DNA of 64,000 bases, taken from contig OX442314.1 of the NCBI GenBank assembly GCA_949358305.1, positions 31,186,001 to 31,250,000 on the forward strand, in the 5' to 3' direction. A program made the translations under genes and the position numbers. Shown piece after piece: positions 11,977 to 24,914 of this stretch; positions within the stretch are counted from its first letter, which is position 1; the number at the start of each line of letters is the position of its first letter. The notes below the pieces were generated by a model. That model saw only the letters and a program-made list of their open reading frames with translations. It was not told the DNA's origin and searched no databases. The stretch comes from Strigamia acuminata (taxonomy: Eukaryota).

Positions 11977-14303
11977 GGAACCGGTGGGGTTTCAGTAATT
12001 GGTGCCGTAGTAGCGTTCTTCGGGTCTAAGAATTTACTAAATAAATCCGACACTGTCTTACTTATCGTTGTTTGCATACTGTTATTCATATCAGTTTTTA
12101 ACTCTTCCATTTTTTGATCAATAGCTTCGGCAGTTACCCAATTTTGGCGTGGTCGCTTAAATTCGTTCGGCTGCTGATTAGCGCCATTGTTATTGGAATT
12201 ATTATTTCCAGGGAAATTATTGCTAAATTTTCGCTTTGGAAGCAGAGGACATTCTCTTTTGAAATGACCTGGTTGTTTACAATGAAAACATTTCCCTGTC
12301 TGATTTTCCGACATGGCACATAATAAGTTATCCATTGATACATTATTCTCCGTTAATTCATTGACTTCGATCGTTTCTTCTTCCGACTCTATTTCCATCA
12401 TTTGAGTGGATCGAGCAGAAGGTCTCGTATTTTTGGTATCTTTAGAATACTTCTGGTTGTTAGATACTACTTTATCAATTTCTTTGGAATTCTCTGTACG
12501 AATCCTTTGAGGTTCAAAGAGAGCTCTATTCGTTCGTACGAATTGGAAAATTTTATCTACTGAATCGCTCCTGTATAGATTTCGATCGATTAATCTATTG
12601 TAACTTGTCCAATTCAAGTTGTCGAAAAGTGTGGCAACATTTCCTCTTTCGGAGTACGATCCTTGGGCTTTAGTGAATCTGACTAGAAATTCATATAAAG
12701 GTTCATCGTCTCCTTGGATTACTTTTCGTAAATTTCGGAGTCGAGTAGTTGGAATCATGTCGAATTCTTCACGAAATAATTCTACGAAGGTTTCTCAGTT
12801 GGTAAACTTGGTTTTATTCTCGTCATACCATTGTTGGGCTAATCCGGACAAATAGGTGGGAATACCTTGATTAACCATTTCGTCCAGAGTTAATCCCTTT
12901 GAAATAGCTACAGTTTTAGCTACTGATAAAAATTTATCTATATCCTCCTGTTTTCCATCGAAAACTGGAAGGTCTTGTCCTTTGAAAAAGACTTTACTGG
13001 GTCCTGGATTATTAGATCGTTGCGGCCCAGCTGTTTGTTGAGTTTGAACGAATGTATCTATTCGACTATCCAATTGTTTTTGGAATTGGGCGGCCATATT
13101 TTGTTGCATTTTCAAAATATAGTCAAGTGAAATATTAGTTCCGTCAGAGGGAAGTCTAGTTTCTGTAGAACTTTCTGCCGAGGAATGTGAACTTGGAATG
13201 TCATCGGTAGATGCACGTGACGGATTTGTCTGGTCTCGGGGTTCACTACCATGGCTAGCCCGAGTGGACGCCGCGAGATTTAGCCGGATGCTTTCCTGTA
13301 AGGTTTTCTCCCGCTTGCGTTGATTGTCTTCAATTCTGTTCACTTCCGCCCACTTCTTATTGTATTGATCTTGTTGCTTTTGGAACTTTTCATCGTGTTC
13401 CTGTCGCCATTGAGCCCGTAATTGATCAATTAGAATTTTATCGTTTTTGTCTATTGACTTACGAACTTCGTTTTGATTGACAACTTCTCCTTCAAGTTTA
13501 TCTTGGCGAATCTTTTCGTCGTTAATCTGTTTTTGATTAGTTGCTTCCAGCCTAATTCGTTCCTTTTCTACTTCGTCTAATCTCGATTGTTCTTGTCGAG
13601 TTTGAGGTAAGACTGGAGATGGTAGTGAAGATAATTTCCGTCGAATGGCGGATTTATTGCCTCGCCCTCTAGGGGTTTGTTTGACAAAATGTCTCGTCCC
13701 ATTCTCCGTATAAATATGTGGATTGGGCTGCTTTTTAGCATTTTCAGGTTGAAAAGTTGAAAAATTGGATCCTCCTATCTCCGAAATACTTGGAGTATTG
13801 TGGCAACTGGCGTTGCTGGAGTGAGGAGTTCTATTTCCTAAACTGGACTGATCAAGCGATTCCTTGCTTGATGTTCAAAATAACTCTCGAATATCTTGGT
13901 TACGAACCGACGGAGTTTTAATTCTTGCTTGATCTCCCAACTTACGTTGTGGAGTTTTAGATCGTGATCTGTTTTCTTCAGGCAGATCTTTTGGTGAAGG
14001 GGTTGGGTCCTTTCCAAAATTATGGTGCGCCGAGCTCACCTTCGAAAGTTCTGCTCGTTTTTCCGGGGTTGGATTAATACGTATGTTACGTAACGCCTGC
14101 TTCGTCACAAATTCAGAAGCTTCGATTATGGTTTTGAACTGAGTTCTATCTAGTTCGTAATGCGTACAAAACTGTGTGAGTTCATCGGGAATCATTTCCG
14201 TTTGGTCACAAAGTTTTACATAACTTGAATCCAAGCTAACTATTTCTTCTACGGCCTTTTCTTCAGCCACTTTTTCTTCGTTAGGAAGATTGTTTGGATC
14301 CAT
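11967..14303 (-). pseudogene. gag: gag of element 1 (778 codons) with two in-frame TGA stops (13875, 12795)
   Basis: One continuous frame from ATG 14303 to TAG 11967; capsid-like LPVFDG...AQQWY and CCHC knuckle CFHCKQPGHFKREC. The 12795 stop aligns with a Trp in element 2 gag. Confidence 0.92.
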
Positions 14304-15273
14304 TTTATAAAAATATAATTGAATCTGTCTTTAAAATAATTAGCGATGGGAAAACTTCGAATCGTAACTAGAATCGGTTGGTGCGGTCAGAATAGTTACT
14401 GTAGCACGTCTCGTAAGTCTGGTCTGGAAGCGAATGATCAATAACTGATCTGATCCTTCTTTAATAGTAGGGGGCTGGGGATCCCTAGATCTCCTAGCTC
14501 CTGATTGGCTGATTCAATATCAACCACAAAATGTCAGACGTAGTATGTTCGTTTAACAGTTCTCTTCTAAGTCCGTTCCTTTCGAAATCTTAGAATTTAC
14601 CGATAACATAAAATTCTTTCGAGAGATATTTCGTAAATATTTTCCCAAATTTTGTATGAAATAAAATAAATTCATTTCAACTCTTGTAAATTGTTTCCAA
14701 TTATTGTAACTTTTCTTAAAGACTGGACTTTACTTCGAAATTCCATTTTTCTGCAAGATTTTTCTTTTTCTTGCGATTCGTAAAACATGTTTAGACTTGT
14801 CTTTTTACTTTTATCTTTTTAAGAATAAAGCAAATATCTAAATATACTTCTTCTACGAATTCTTGTTATTTCCAATTCTCCGAATTTTTTGAACAACTTC
14901 GATTAAAACTTATCTCAACATCATGTGATAGATCTTAACAGTAATTTGTTGCAATTCTTTCGTGTAGAATTTGAATTATTCATTTTCCTCGAGAAAATTC
15001 ACTTTTTTAATTCTATCGAGTTAATTGCAAATCCTAATCTTCAGTGGAACTTTCACATGTGAGATTAGTTGGTAGTCTTCGAGATCCCTTAAATTTTCGA
15101 GCGAAAATAATGAAGGAAAATCCACTACGTAATTCTATTTCATCAGTTTACTTTTCTTCGTACGGAGATATAAACTGAAAATCTAATTGTCTGTTCTTTA
15201 ACTAATCTTTTTAGTTAAAAAATTTATCTCCAATATTCACTGTTGTAATTCAATCGAATTTAATTGCAACCTA

Positions 15274-15291
15274 ATCTCGGTGGGACCTCCA
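15274..15291 (-). promoter_or_regulatory. Primer binding site complementary to tRNA-Gln 3' end
   Basis: TGGAGGTCCCACCGAGAT, 2 nt after the LTR; complement of the known tRNA-Gln 3' end ATCTCGGTGGGACCTCCA. Confidence 0.9.
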
Positions 15292-15293
15292 CG

Positions 15294-17050
15294 TGTGACG
15301 GTGACGACCACAACTCCCATTTAACAATGGTACCGGGAAGAGATCGCAATAAATAAACAGTGAATACAATACGAGATAAATACAAGACAGTTTATTGTTG
15401 GCAAACAATATGCAGTGAGCTAAATTATACATAAGACTAATGCCAACATTTGGCAAGTTAAATCAGCTATTAAACTATACAAAGAATTAGCCAACTGGCC
15501 CTAGAATAATATCACTACGGGTCTGGAATATGGGAGCGGTTTCCCCATCGCTCGACCTGATTATAGATGTCATCTTAAGCCGGATGGCTGTGTCCTGGAG
15601 TCCGATATGGCTTCGCTGGTTTCCTTGGTTCGCTGTGTAAATTATCGCACGTCGATAAATCGAATGATCTGAGCATTGCGGTTGACTTTGTCTGCACCGC
15701 CACAACTTTGGGAGGATATTGGTGTAAGTAAATGTATTCATTTACTTATCAATATTCCGCTTATGAATTATATTTAATTCATATCGTTGTGAATTCTTAT
15801 TTAGATATTTTGTGGATAAGTTGTCGTCAACTTATCGGTTACATTTGCGTCTTTGATGTAATCGTGATCGTAATTAAGTCTTCTGACTTGGTTAATCAAC
15901 TTGTCGCCAAGTTAATATTTAGCTGTTATAAATAAAATGAAGATTAGGCTTCCCGTCGCAACACACAATTGCCATCGAAAGAAAATATACGCCTTGCAAT
16001 GCAGAACGGTATCAAGCGTCCCCTGCGTCGCGACACGGTCGTTCGTCTGGCGATTGACGGTATCACGTACACAGGAGTCGATAGCTCGCGGCTCCGCACA
16101 GCAGTATAATCTCTCGCGGTACTAATAATAGACCGACTACTTTGGCATCGAATACCATGAGAATCAGCTTGCCAAACACTTGGTGCTACTCGTGGTTACT
16201 GTAAAACAGACTGCTTTGGCACCATCCGGTGAAGGAACTAATTCTCAACAGCAACGATGCTACTTGCGGTAACGGAATACGTTCATACCGAGAAAGACCA
16301 CATGGTCCTGTCCGGAGGATACTGAATTGCACAACGGCGGGTTCTCCTTCGGCGTCGCAACCGTAAACTGTAACATTTATGCAACATAATGATCCCAGCA
16401 CTTCGACTTCAATTGCCGGCGGTGGCATGATTCTGTAGAATCATGCAACGGTTCTTTGTGAATAAATCAACAAAGAACCAAAAGGTTTTTTTACGTGAAC
16501 AACGAATCATATTTCTTAAGTAACAATACCAAACAGAAAATAATCAAACAGAGCTGCTGAATGGCCGGTTGTTTGGGTTTATATAACCTGACTGGATTAG
16601 GGATTAATCCAATCAACCAACTGGAACATGGGTTCCACGAATCCCTCCAATCTCGTATCACCGGAAGTGGATACTGAGGAGCAATATGCTAATTCACACC
16701 ACAACCGGAACTGGATACCCAGGACCGGAAATGGATCCACCAATCACATCGATCGGTTGATTGATGGAATATCAAATCTCCATTTCTGCTGAACTAGAGA
16801 TTCCCATCACTTAGTGTGAACAATAATCATTAATATATATATTTATATTAATCCTGATAAAGTGTCGTTTCATACAAATAAATATATTCTTATATTTATT
16901 TACCAGTTTCTTAACTCGCAATTCGAATTTACCGCTGAATTATAATCGCGCCATCTAGTGGCGACTCGGAGCATTGACAAATGCGGGTTTCGCCGAAAAC
17001 ACTTAAAATTCGGCCGTGTTATTAATAAATAGCACTTATAAACCGTCATA
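15294..17050 (-). repeat. 5' LTR of element 1
   Basis: Matches 4880-6636; one difference seen (5477 A vs 15891 G). TATATAAA box near 16580. Confidence 0.97.
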
Positions 17051-17927
17051 AGGAGAAAGTGCAGGAGTAAACAACGAATTTGGATGGTTGGATCAAGTGG
17101 TATCGGTCAACAGATGAAAAGGAGAGAAGAGAAAAAAAAAAAAGAAAAAAAAAGGGGAGAGAAAGAAGGAAAGGGAAAAACTATTAACGGTTGTAGTTTG
17201 AATAATCTTTTTTAAAAAAAAAAAAATTCAGGTTTTAATGGGTGATTGGATTTTAATTGGGAATTGGGTGCCGGAATTCATTAACTTGGTTATTGTGGTT
17301 ACATTGTAGATTTATTTATGGGGTTTTGCATAACGACGGGATAATGTTTACTTATGCAACGTTCTCGTTTGGAGGTGATGGTGAGGTTCATGTTTCTTTT
17401 CAAGTGGTGAGAGGAGGAGGGAGGAGAGCTATGGATGTTTGAGTTGTAAATATCAGGTTCACTGACCTGGGAAAGCGGTTGTGCAAGCGGTGGTGTTTTC
17501 ACCAATTGATTCAGTGGATTTGATGGGATTGAAGTTTTAGTTAATTTTGGAGGGAGAAAGAAACGTGAGTGTAGTTTAATAAGTTTGGACTGGGAAAAAA
17601 TATATATAAAAAAAAAAAAATTTTTTTTTGGGGGTAATACATTAATTTGGGCTGTGATAAATTAATGGATTCAATAAAATAAATAAATTGATTAATTAAT
17701 AAATTTTTCGAGTTTTAATGGATTATGATTTAGAAGGAAGCAAGATTACGATTTCTTCACAAGTGGTTTGGGAAGGGGGGATCAGGGAGTTGCGGATGCC
17801 GGGTCGGGTGGAGGCGCGGGTGTCGGGTTTTCAAACTCGTGTAAATTACGAGATGCAACTTGATAAACTTCATTGGAATCGCCGGTGAAGAAAAAAAAAG
17901 AAAATAATAATTATATGTGTGTATATA

Positions 17928-18836
17928 CAGGGTGGAACAAAAGTCTGTTCCCCTCAAATATTTCCTGAGCAATTGCATCTAGGCCAACTTTGATGAAGCA
18001 ATCATATAGGAAGTTGGGTGAGAGCAATCCAATGACGTCATCAAATTTGACTTTGAAAGCCATTTTCAAGGTCATTCACTTGCTAACTTCTAAACCAATC
18101 AGGTTAGAGCAAAAAAGTCAATTACAAAGTTGTAGAGCACCATCAAATTAGTACTATCCAATTTATTTTAGTCATTTTATGTTAACTGTTTTCTTTTTAA
18201 AAAGGGGGCAAATCAGCTGAAATAAAGCCAGCCATTGTGACAAAACTTAAATTTCTATTACAAAAATACTGAATTACTTAAATAAACGTATCCAAATGTG
18301 CATTATTATGCAAGTAAACAAGAAAAACCACTAGGTGCATTCAAAAACTCTAAAACGCCTCTAAAACTCATTTTGGGTTTGTACGTGTAACGTTATTCCC
18401 ATGTTATTTAATGGGAATGACGTTACACGTACAAACACAAAACGAGTTTTAGAGGCGTTTTAGAGTTTTTGAATGCACCTACTGCCTTTTTTTAATGCCT
18501 CGATAATTATCACAAGATAAAAAAAATTTCACTTTGCTGATTTTTTTCTGATTTGTCTCCTTTTTAAAAAGAAAACATTTAACTTAAGATGACTAAGATA
18601 AGTTGGATAGTACTAATTTGCTGGTGCTCTACAACTTTGTAATTGACTTTTTTGCTCTAACCTGATTGGTTTAGAAGTTAGCAAGTGAATGACCTTGAAA
18701 ATGGCCTTCAAGGTCAAATTTGATGACATCATTAAATTGCTCTCTGCCAACTTCCTATACATTCGCTTCATCAAAGTTGGCCTAGATGCAATTGCTCAGG
18801 AAATATTTGAGGGGAACAGACTTTTGTTCCACCCTG
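17928..18836. mobile_element. Tc1/mariner-type foldback MITE related to the 2596-3365 element
   Basis: Ends CAGGGTGGAACAAAAG...CTTTTGTTCCACCCTG, TA flanks, long inverted arms, central hairpin ~18332-18481. Confidence 0.9.
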
Positions 18837-19862
18837 TATATGTGCAGTTTTTGAGGTTTTAACTATTTTGAATGTTGATTAGCAATTTTTGTCATGTACC
18901 TCGTAGAGTCATATTTCGGTGGCAAAGATTAATTATATCTCATTAGCATAGGTTGTGAGAAAGAATGTGTACATTTTTTGTTTTAAAAAAAAAAAAAAAA
19001 AATTAGTGGGATAGTATACATAGGGATTAGGTTGGAATAAATGAAGCACATATTTAATCTAGGAGAATGAGGTCAGTTGGGAGTAGCACGGGAGCATCGG
19101 GAGAATTGGAGGTGGATTTACGAAAATTACACGATTTTGGGGGTTAAGCTGGATGATTATATTCGGGATTCGGTCATTTGATTTGCGTATTTAAGTTTTG
19201 ATTCACATTTGCTTGTGCATTCAAATTTTGCATTTGATTCTCGCTTTTAATCTTTTGAGAACGGTGTTGGGAGAATTTTAGATGTCATTTAATGTAGTTG
19301 GAGATAATAGCCCTTTATGGATTGGGTAACGGACATGGGGTGTGTATATTGTGTATAAGAAGTGTTTATTTACGGTTTGGGGAAAGGTACACGTTGCTCA
19401 CGGGGGTGAGCAACCAAATTATGGGTGAGCGACGACATTTTCAACGTCGGTAGCGCCATCTAGTGTGCCGGTTACTAAATAAGGTGGAGCAGGACAGGAC
19501 GCGATGCGTGGCGCCCTCTCGTATCAAGTGGGTGCGTCATATTGTGAGTTGTAACATAAGCATATTTCAGGATTCGGATTTCGGGGGTTTTGGGGGGAAT
19601 GTGGTTTGGGTTATCATAATCATTCATATGTTCTAAAATTAATAGGTATTATGAATAAATTAGTTAGGGAATATTTAGCTTCTCACGATTTCACATGTGT
19701 CATTCATTGGTAAGTGTGTATAATAATCACGGTCGCCGTAAAAAGGATTAATGGTTAACTGATCGATTAACTAATTGGTCAGCTGGTCGATTGGTGGATG
19801 GGTTAATGGCTTCACTAATGATGGGATTAAATGGATCATATCCGTTAGATTGTGGTATAGTT

Positions 19863-21391
19863 TGTGACGGTTACACTGTCATGCATTTTGCTAGTTAAGA
19901 CGTTTATTTTACCCATAGATGGCGCTAGAACGATTTAGCGGAAATTTCGAAGTTTGATTATTTTCAGTAATTAAAATATAAATTATTATTTATATTTTAG
20001 TCTGTTTCAGGTTTAAACAGTTATTTAATATATTTTATGTTGTTTTAACTAGTTTACTACATAATTCTGTTGAATTATGTATAAATTTCATCCCTCGCCA
20101 CCCACTGAAAGTTGGACTAATTCCGGATTACAGTCAAAAGACTTAATCCGAAATGTGTCCTGTGTATCCAGTTCCTGGAACGGACCTAGTAGAGGACTAT
20201 GTCCTGGCTATCCGCTTCCTAGAGCCTAGGATTGGAAGGATTTAGGTGACCAGTGATCCCATTGGATCGATGATCAGCCTATTGTCCAGTACGAGTATAT
20301 ATTCCCGTGTAAACCGGATATATCGCTCGCTCTCTTGTTGGTGTTCTGTTCCTGACGCCACTTGAACCGGGTCTGGTGGACTTAGGGCCACTTGGGTGAA
20401 TTTAGTTCACTTTGTTGCACTTAGGGGCAATGGATAGCTGTAGCTATGGAAAGTAACATTTATCAATTTAACATTCATTCCTCATAATTTCAGTACAGGC
20501 CGGATAAGAAATACTTGATATTTAGTGTAAGAATCTAGAGTGGGTCGAAGATCCACAGACACACTCCCGCCTCTTCATGCCAACATTCCGTTGTAGAAAT
20601 AACTGTAGAATCTAGAGTGGAATATTACAATTTCACAGACACATTATTTAGGTAATCGACGTGGAGTAATTTCCCGGTTATTCTCCCGCCCGCCAGAACC
20701 GAGCGGAGTAATTTCCCGGTAAATGGATAACCCTTCCTACGAGAGACTTCTGATTCAATTCGTTGTTGGTTTTGACGGAACATTTAAAAAGGCTTAAATG
20801 TTGATTGCACTCGGGGCAACAAATAGCTCGGCGCTATTTTAATTTATTCTTTATTTTTTCCAGTTATTTTATCCCGCTTCGTGAATATAATATCATGTGG
20901 AATTCTGTCGAATTTACATGAATATTTATTCAATTTATTTCGTCATGTTGATGACCGCGCTTTGCAATTATTATCCATATAATAATTACAAGTGTGACGA
21001 CTGCAGAAAAGTCAACCGCACCTCTCGGATATAACCCACCCAAGCCTAACCATTACACACCTTTTTAGATCCAAACCAGAACCAGTTAGATGTCGAAACC
21101 ATTCGAGTCCATATTCAGACGACATCTTTTACGTCCCGACAATAAGACCGATACACATTCTTGTTGTCTGACTGAAAACCGCAAGTGATATTATTATAGG
21201 GCTTTTGCCGACCGATTGTATAGTTTAACTTGCAGAATTTCGACCATTTGTCGGTCTAGTATTTATATAAGTTCAAACCGGAATAAATTGTCATATGATT
21301 TGAGAAATCACAAGCCTCCGTATTTTACACTTTCACACAAGTTCTCGCTCTAATTTTCTAGCAATTGTATCTCGCAAAGTCAATCGTCACA
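19863..21391 (+). repeat. 5' LTR of element 2 (1529 bp)
   Basis: TG...CA ends; direct repeat of 24915-26458. Confidence 0.95.
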
Positions 21392-21393
21392 CG

Positions 21394-21411
21394 TGGAGGT
21401 CCCACCGAGAT
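21394..21411 (+). promoter_or_regulatory. tRNA-Gln primer binding site
   Basis: TGGAGGTCCCACCGAGAT, identical to the element 1 PBS with the same CG spacer. Confidence 0.9.
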
Positions 21412-22473
21412 AGGTTGCATTATTAAAGTGAACTCTGTGATCAAAGTGTAAAATTTGAAAAAATGAATTTTTGATTATTTTACGTAGATATTATAATTAG
21501 AAAATTTCCGATTTTCTCTTGGTAAAAATACTGTGTGTTATTTATTCATTTCCAAAAATCCAAGTTATCTTTTGGAAATGACTAAGTTTAAATTTTTCGA
21601 TTATTTTGATAACGCATTATAATCTAAAGATTTCGAATTTTCCAAGGAAATAATCTATTTTGACCGTCTTAAGTTTTCAAAAATATTCTTGGCATATTTT
21701 GAAAGTCTCGAAGCCATGAATTGCGATCAAAAGATAGATTAACAATTTTGTTGGCTAAAAGACCAAAATATTTATTTTATTGTTCGGTTAGAATTTGACT
21801 ATTTTGATAAATTCATTATAATTAGAAAATTCCGAGTTTTTTTAATAAAATCTACTTTTGTTTTGATCAAGTTCTCCGAAAATACATTGTTATATTTCGG
21901 AAATCTCGAAGTTAGGAATTTTAATCAAAAAAATTGATTAATAATTCTGTGGCTAAAAACTGGAAATAATAAAATACTTATTTTATTTTATTTAAGTTTG
22001 GTTAAAACTTGGCCAGTTATTCTACTGTTCTGTTAAAAGTTACGGATTTTAATCTTAATCTGTGACAAGTTAAAGAATGTGACAAAGAGAACCAATCACG
22101 ACGCAGTTTTGAACATGCCACCCAGATTATGGATTACTGAGAATTCTGGATTAAATTCGTCAGAAATATCTCAGTACCACCAATCAATGCAGACTTTCTT
22201 AACAATAGAAAATACCGGAAACCAGTTGGACAAAGAAATCTTTTGCCACACTTGCTTTCTATCAGCGTGACCGTTCAGTTGTGCCTTGTGGTCAGTGCCT
22301 TCCTGGACCATTCTTGACCGAAGACAAGACAGTTTTGACCGTAGCCACTTCAGTTTAGCAGCCAAGGTTGTATAATTTCATTTTCCTTTTTAGTTTAAAA
22401 ATTAAGCGTGTTTTATTTGACGCTAGTATTTGTTTAAATTTCATTTTTTTTTGTGTATTTCTCGACGAGTATT

Positions 22474-24408
22474 ATGGCCCGTAGACCTGTAAGAGCACGT
22501 GGAGCACGTGGAGGTCGTGGAGCACGTAGACGTGGTAATATGCGTGAACCACCACGGGAAATTGTGGAGTCTGATCCAGAAAGTCAGGGGGACGAAGTTG
22601 TGCCTAGAAACAATTCCAACCCAAATAGTTCTCGGACAGAACCACTTCCAGTCTCGCAAGATTTAGAAATTTACTGCCGTCATTTCCAATTGGAAGTGAC
22701 GCAATTTTCAACTCTATACGAAGCGCAACAATACACGGCGAATAATTGTCACGGAAGAATTCGTGCAATATCTCCCGATGTAGTTGTATCAAACGAGCAG
22801 AATATTTCGATAGATTTAACCGGTGCTCGTACACCAGCCGCTTACCGCTATCAGCAGTTGCCTGGATGGCGTATGAGTGTTGCACGCGAGGCAAATGAAC
22901 AACCAAATCATGCGATTTCTGTTCAACCCGCGATTCAATTACCTGCTGCTTCTTGGAGAGCAAATTTGACGGACAGAGTGGAAAATCTTGGACACGAAGA
23001 TTCTTCTGTTCCAATTTCTCATAATTTACCTAGTGTGACGGTCGGAAATAATAATTTACCCGCTCACACTGGAAATTTGAATGAGTCATTTCGAGTTCCA
23101 CAGCCTCTCCCACGAAGGGAAAACCTGACTAATGTTCCAATCCAGCCAAGGGGGAGAAATGAACTTTCACAAAATTTTCAATCTCGCTCCCAATCCGATG
23201 GAGACTTTAGAAATTCTAGGAATTCCTATCAGGCTCCAACAGGACATGCTCTGCCGGGAAACCGACAATTTCCCCGAGCACCTGGTGATCCCCGAGATTC
23301 AGACCCGAATTCGAGCAGTGACGACTCTCAAGCTGGTGGAGGGGGAAATTATCATAATAATAATTTCCACCAACGGAACCATTCCCGTTCTCCTCCGCCA
23401 AATGGACGACAGAATTTTAATAGACCAAATTCTTCATCTAGGGCTCAAGGAGATCGTTCCACGCCAAATTCGAATTTGACATCTAATTTGTCAAATGAAG
23501 ATTTAAGACAAATAATTCAAGGCTTAGCTAGCCAAAGTCGAGACTCTAATTTAAACCAAAAATTCGGGAAAGGAATAGAGATTCCTATTTTCGATGGAAA
23601 ACAATCCGAAGTTACTCGCTTTTTAGACATTGTAAAAGCTGTAGCTTCAGGGAAGGGCATTCCACTAGACGAAATGGTACACCAAGCTGTACCAGGTCGC
23701 CTATTAGGACATGCACAACGATGGTTTCATCAACAACGCCACACATTTATTAATTGGCGAGTGTTTGAAGCCCAATTTCTTGAACGTTTCGATTTAGTGC
23801 CTCTTACAAGATCTAGACGTTTAACCAATGTAAAACAACGAGCAGACGAGTCGCTGTATTGTTTCCTCTTGCGATTCACCCAAGAACAAGGTGAAATACC
23901 ACGTGGGGACAGGGCAGGACTCGAAAGCCTTTTCAATAACTTGACACAAGAAAGTTTCTCGTTATTGATGGCACAAGGACTATATGGTGACTACACAGTC
24001 GATGATATTTTGCAATATGTCGGCTTGAATCGCTGTATGTTCGAGAATTCAGCACAACTAGCAGCAGACCTCGAGTATGATAATCAAGAAGATAATCCTG
24101 CTCCAAAAGCCAACGAAAAATCTAAGATTTTTCCATCACTTCGCTTAACTCGAACCGAAGATGAGGTTAAAGAAGAAAATGAGTCAGAAAATGACGAATC
24201 AACTAATGACAATAGGTTTGATCGATCATTTAAGACACAGTACGAAAATACGACAGGGAAATGCTTTTATTGTCACAAGCCCGGACATTTCAAAAAAGAA
24301 TGTCCAGCTCTGGCTAAAAAATTAGCCAGGAAAGCAGATTCAGCAAATCCAAATAAAAGATTTAACCAATCTGCCCTTAGCTCAGACTCTAATAAGAGAC
24401 CTAAATAA
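22474..24408 (+). CDS. gag: Intact Gag (644 aa)
   Basis: Uninterrupted ORF; IPIFDGKQ...AQRWF...FLERF capsid region and CFYCHKPGHFKKEC knuckle; homologous to element 1 gag. Confidence 0.93.
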   Translation: MARRPVRARGARGGRGARRRGNMREPPREIVESDPESQGDEVVPRNNSNPNSSRTEPLPVSQDLEIYCRHFQLEVTQFSTLYEAQQYTANNCHGRIRAISPDVVVSNEQNISIDLTGARTPAAYRYQQLPGWRMSVAREANEQPNHAISVQPAIQLPAASWRANLTDRVENLGHEDSSVPISHNLPSVTVGNNNLPAHTGNLNESFRVPQPLPRRENLTNVPIQPRGRNELSQNFQSRSQSDGDFRNSRNSYQAPTGHALPGNRQFPRAPGDPRDSDPNSSSDDSQAGGGGNYHNNNFHQRNHSRSPPPNGRQNFNRPNSSSRAQGDRSTPNSNLTSNLSNEDLRQIIQGLASQSRDSNLNQKFGKGIEIPIFDGKQSEVTRFLDIVKAVASGKGIPLDEMVHQAVPGRLLGHAQRWFHQQRHTFINWRVFEAQFLERFDLVPLTRSRRLTNVKQRADESLYCFLLRFTQEQGEIPRGDRAGLESLFNNLTQESFSLLMAQGLYGDYTVDDILQYVGLNRCMFENSAQLAADLEYDNQEDNPAPKANEKSKIFPSLRLTRTEDEVKEENESENDESTNDNRFDRSFKTQYENTTGKCFYCHKPGHFKKECPALAKKLARKADSANPNKRFNQSALSSDSNKRPK

Positions 24409-24914
24409 AATAGGGTTAGATGGATTTATGTAGATATATACGAAAATTTTAACATGTGTTAATTCTTTTGAATTATCTGTGCGAGTTGTTCCTTATTGGA
24501 ATTTATGTATTCTTAATTATGGAACTCTTTTAACTCGTAACAGGTTTATTTGCGTGAATTACATTTTAAGAAGAAATTGTCATTTCATAGGTAAAATAAT
24601 TTGTCAAACTTTATTAATCATTTATGATACAAATTTTGATGTTATTTAAGTTTATCTTCTTCTCTGGTATAGATATAAGTCCATTCTATAAAAGAGATTA
24701 GGATTTGAGTTTTATTTTATTGAAATTGTTTTCTAATAAATAATTCTGAAACATTTTTTGATTAAAGTTGAGATTTATTTTAAGTATAAATAAGTTTTAC
24801 TTACCTAGGATTGAAGCTAGATGTTCCTGATGCCAGTGTAACCTTAAAATCTTGTAAAGATGTATGTTAAATAGTATGCAAATACTTCATATTAGCATAT
24901 ATTTAAGGGGGACT

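Larger units (their letters stand above)
4880..17050 (-). mobile_element. Full-length Ty3/Gypsy LTR retrotransposon (element 1), 12,171 bp
   Basis: Two 1757-bp LTRs, AGGA TSD (4876-4879 and 17051-17054), PBS, PPT, gag-pro-RT-RH-IN order. Confidence 0.97.

Noticed and set aside
12795..13877. Programmed readthrough or selenocysteine at the gag TGA codons
   Set aside because: Both are single-transition changes (TGG or CGA to TGA) and one aligns with a conserved Trp, so mutation is the simpler explanation.
21000..21391. Hammerhead ribozyme (retrozyme) in the LTRs
   Set aside because: No CTGANGA...GAAA core with proper stems found by eye.
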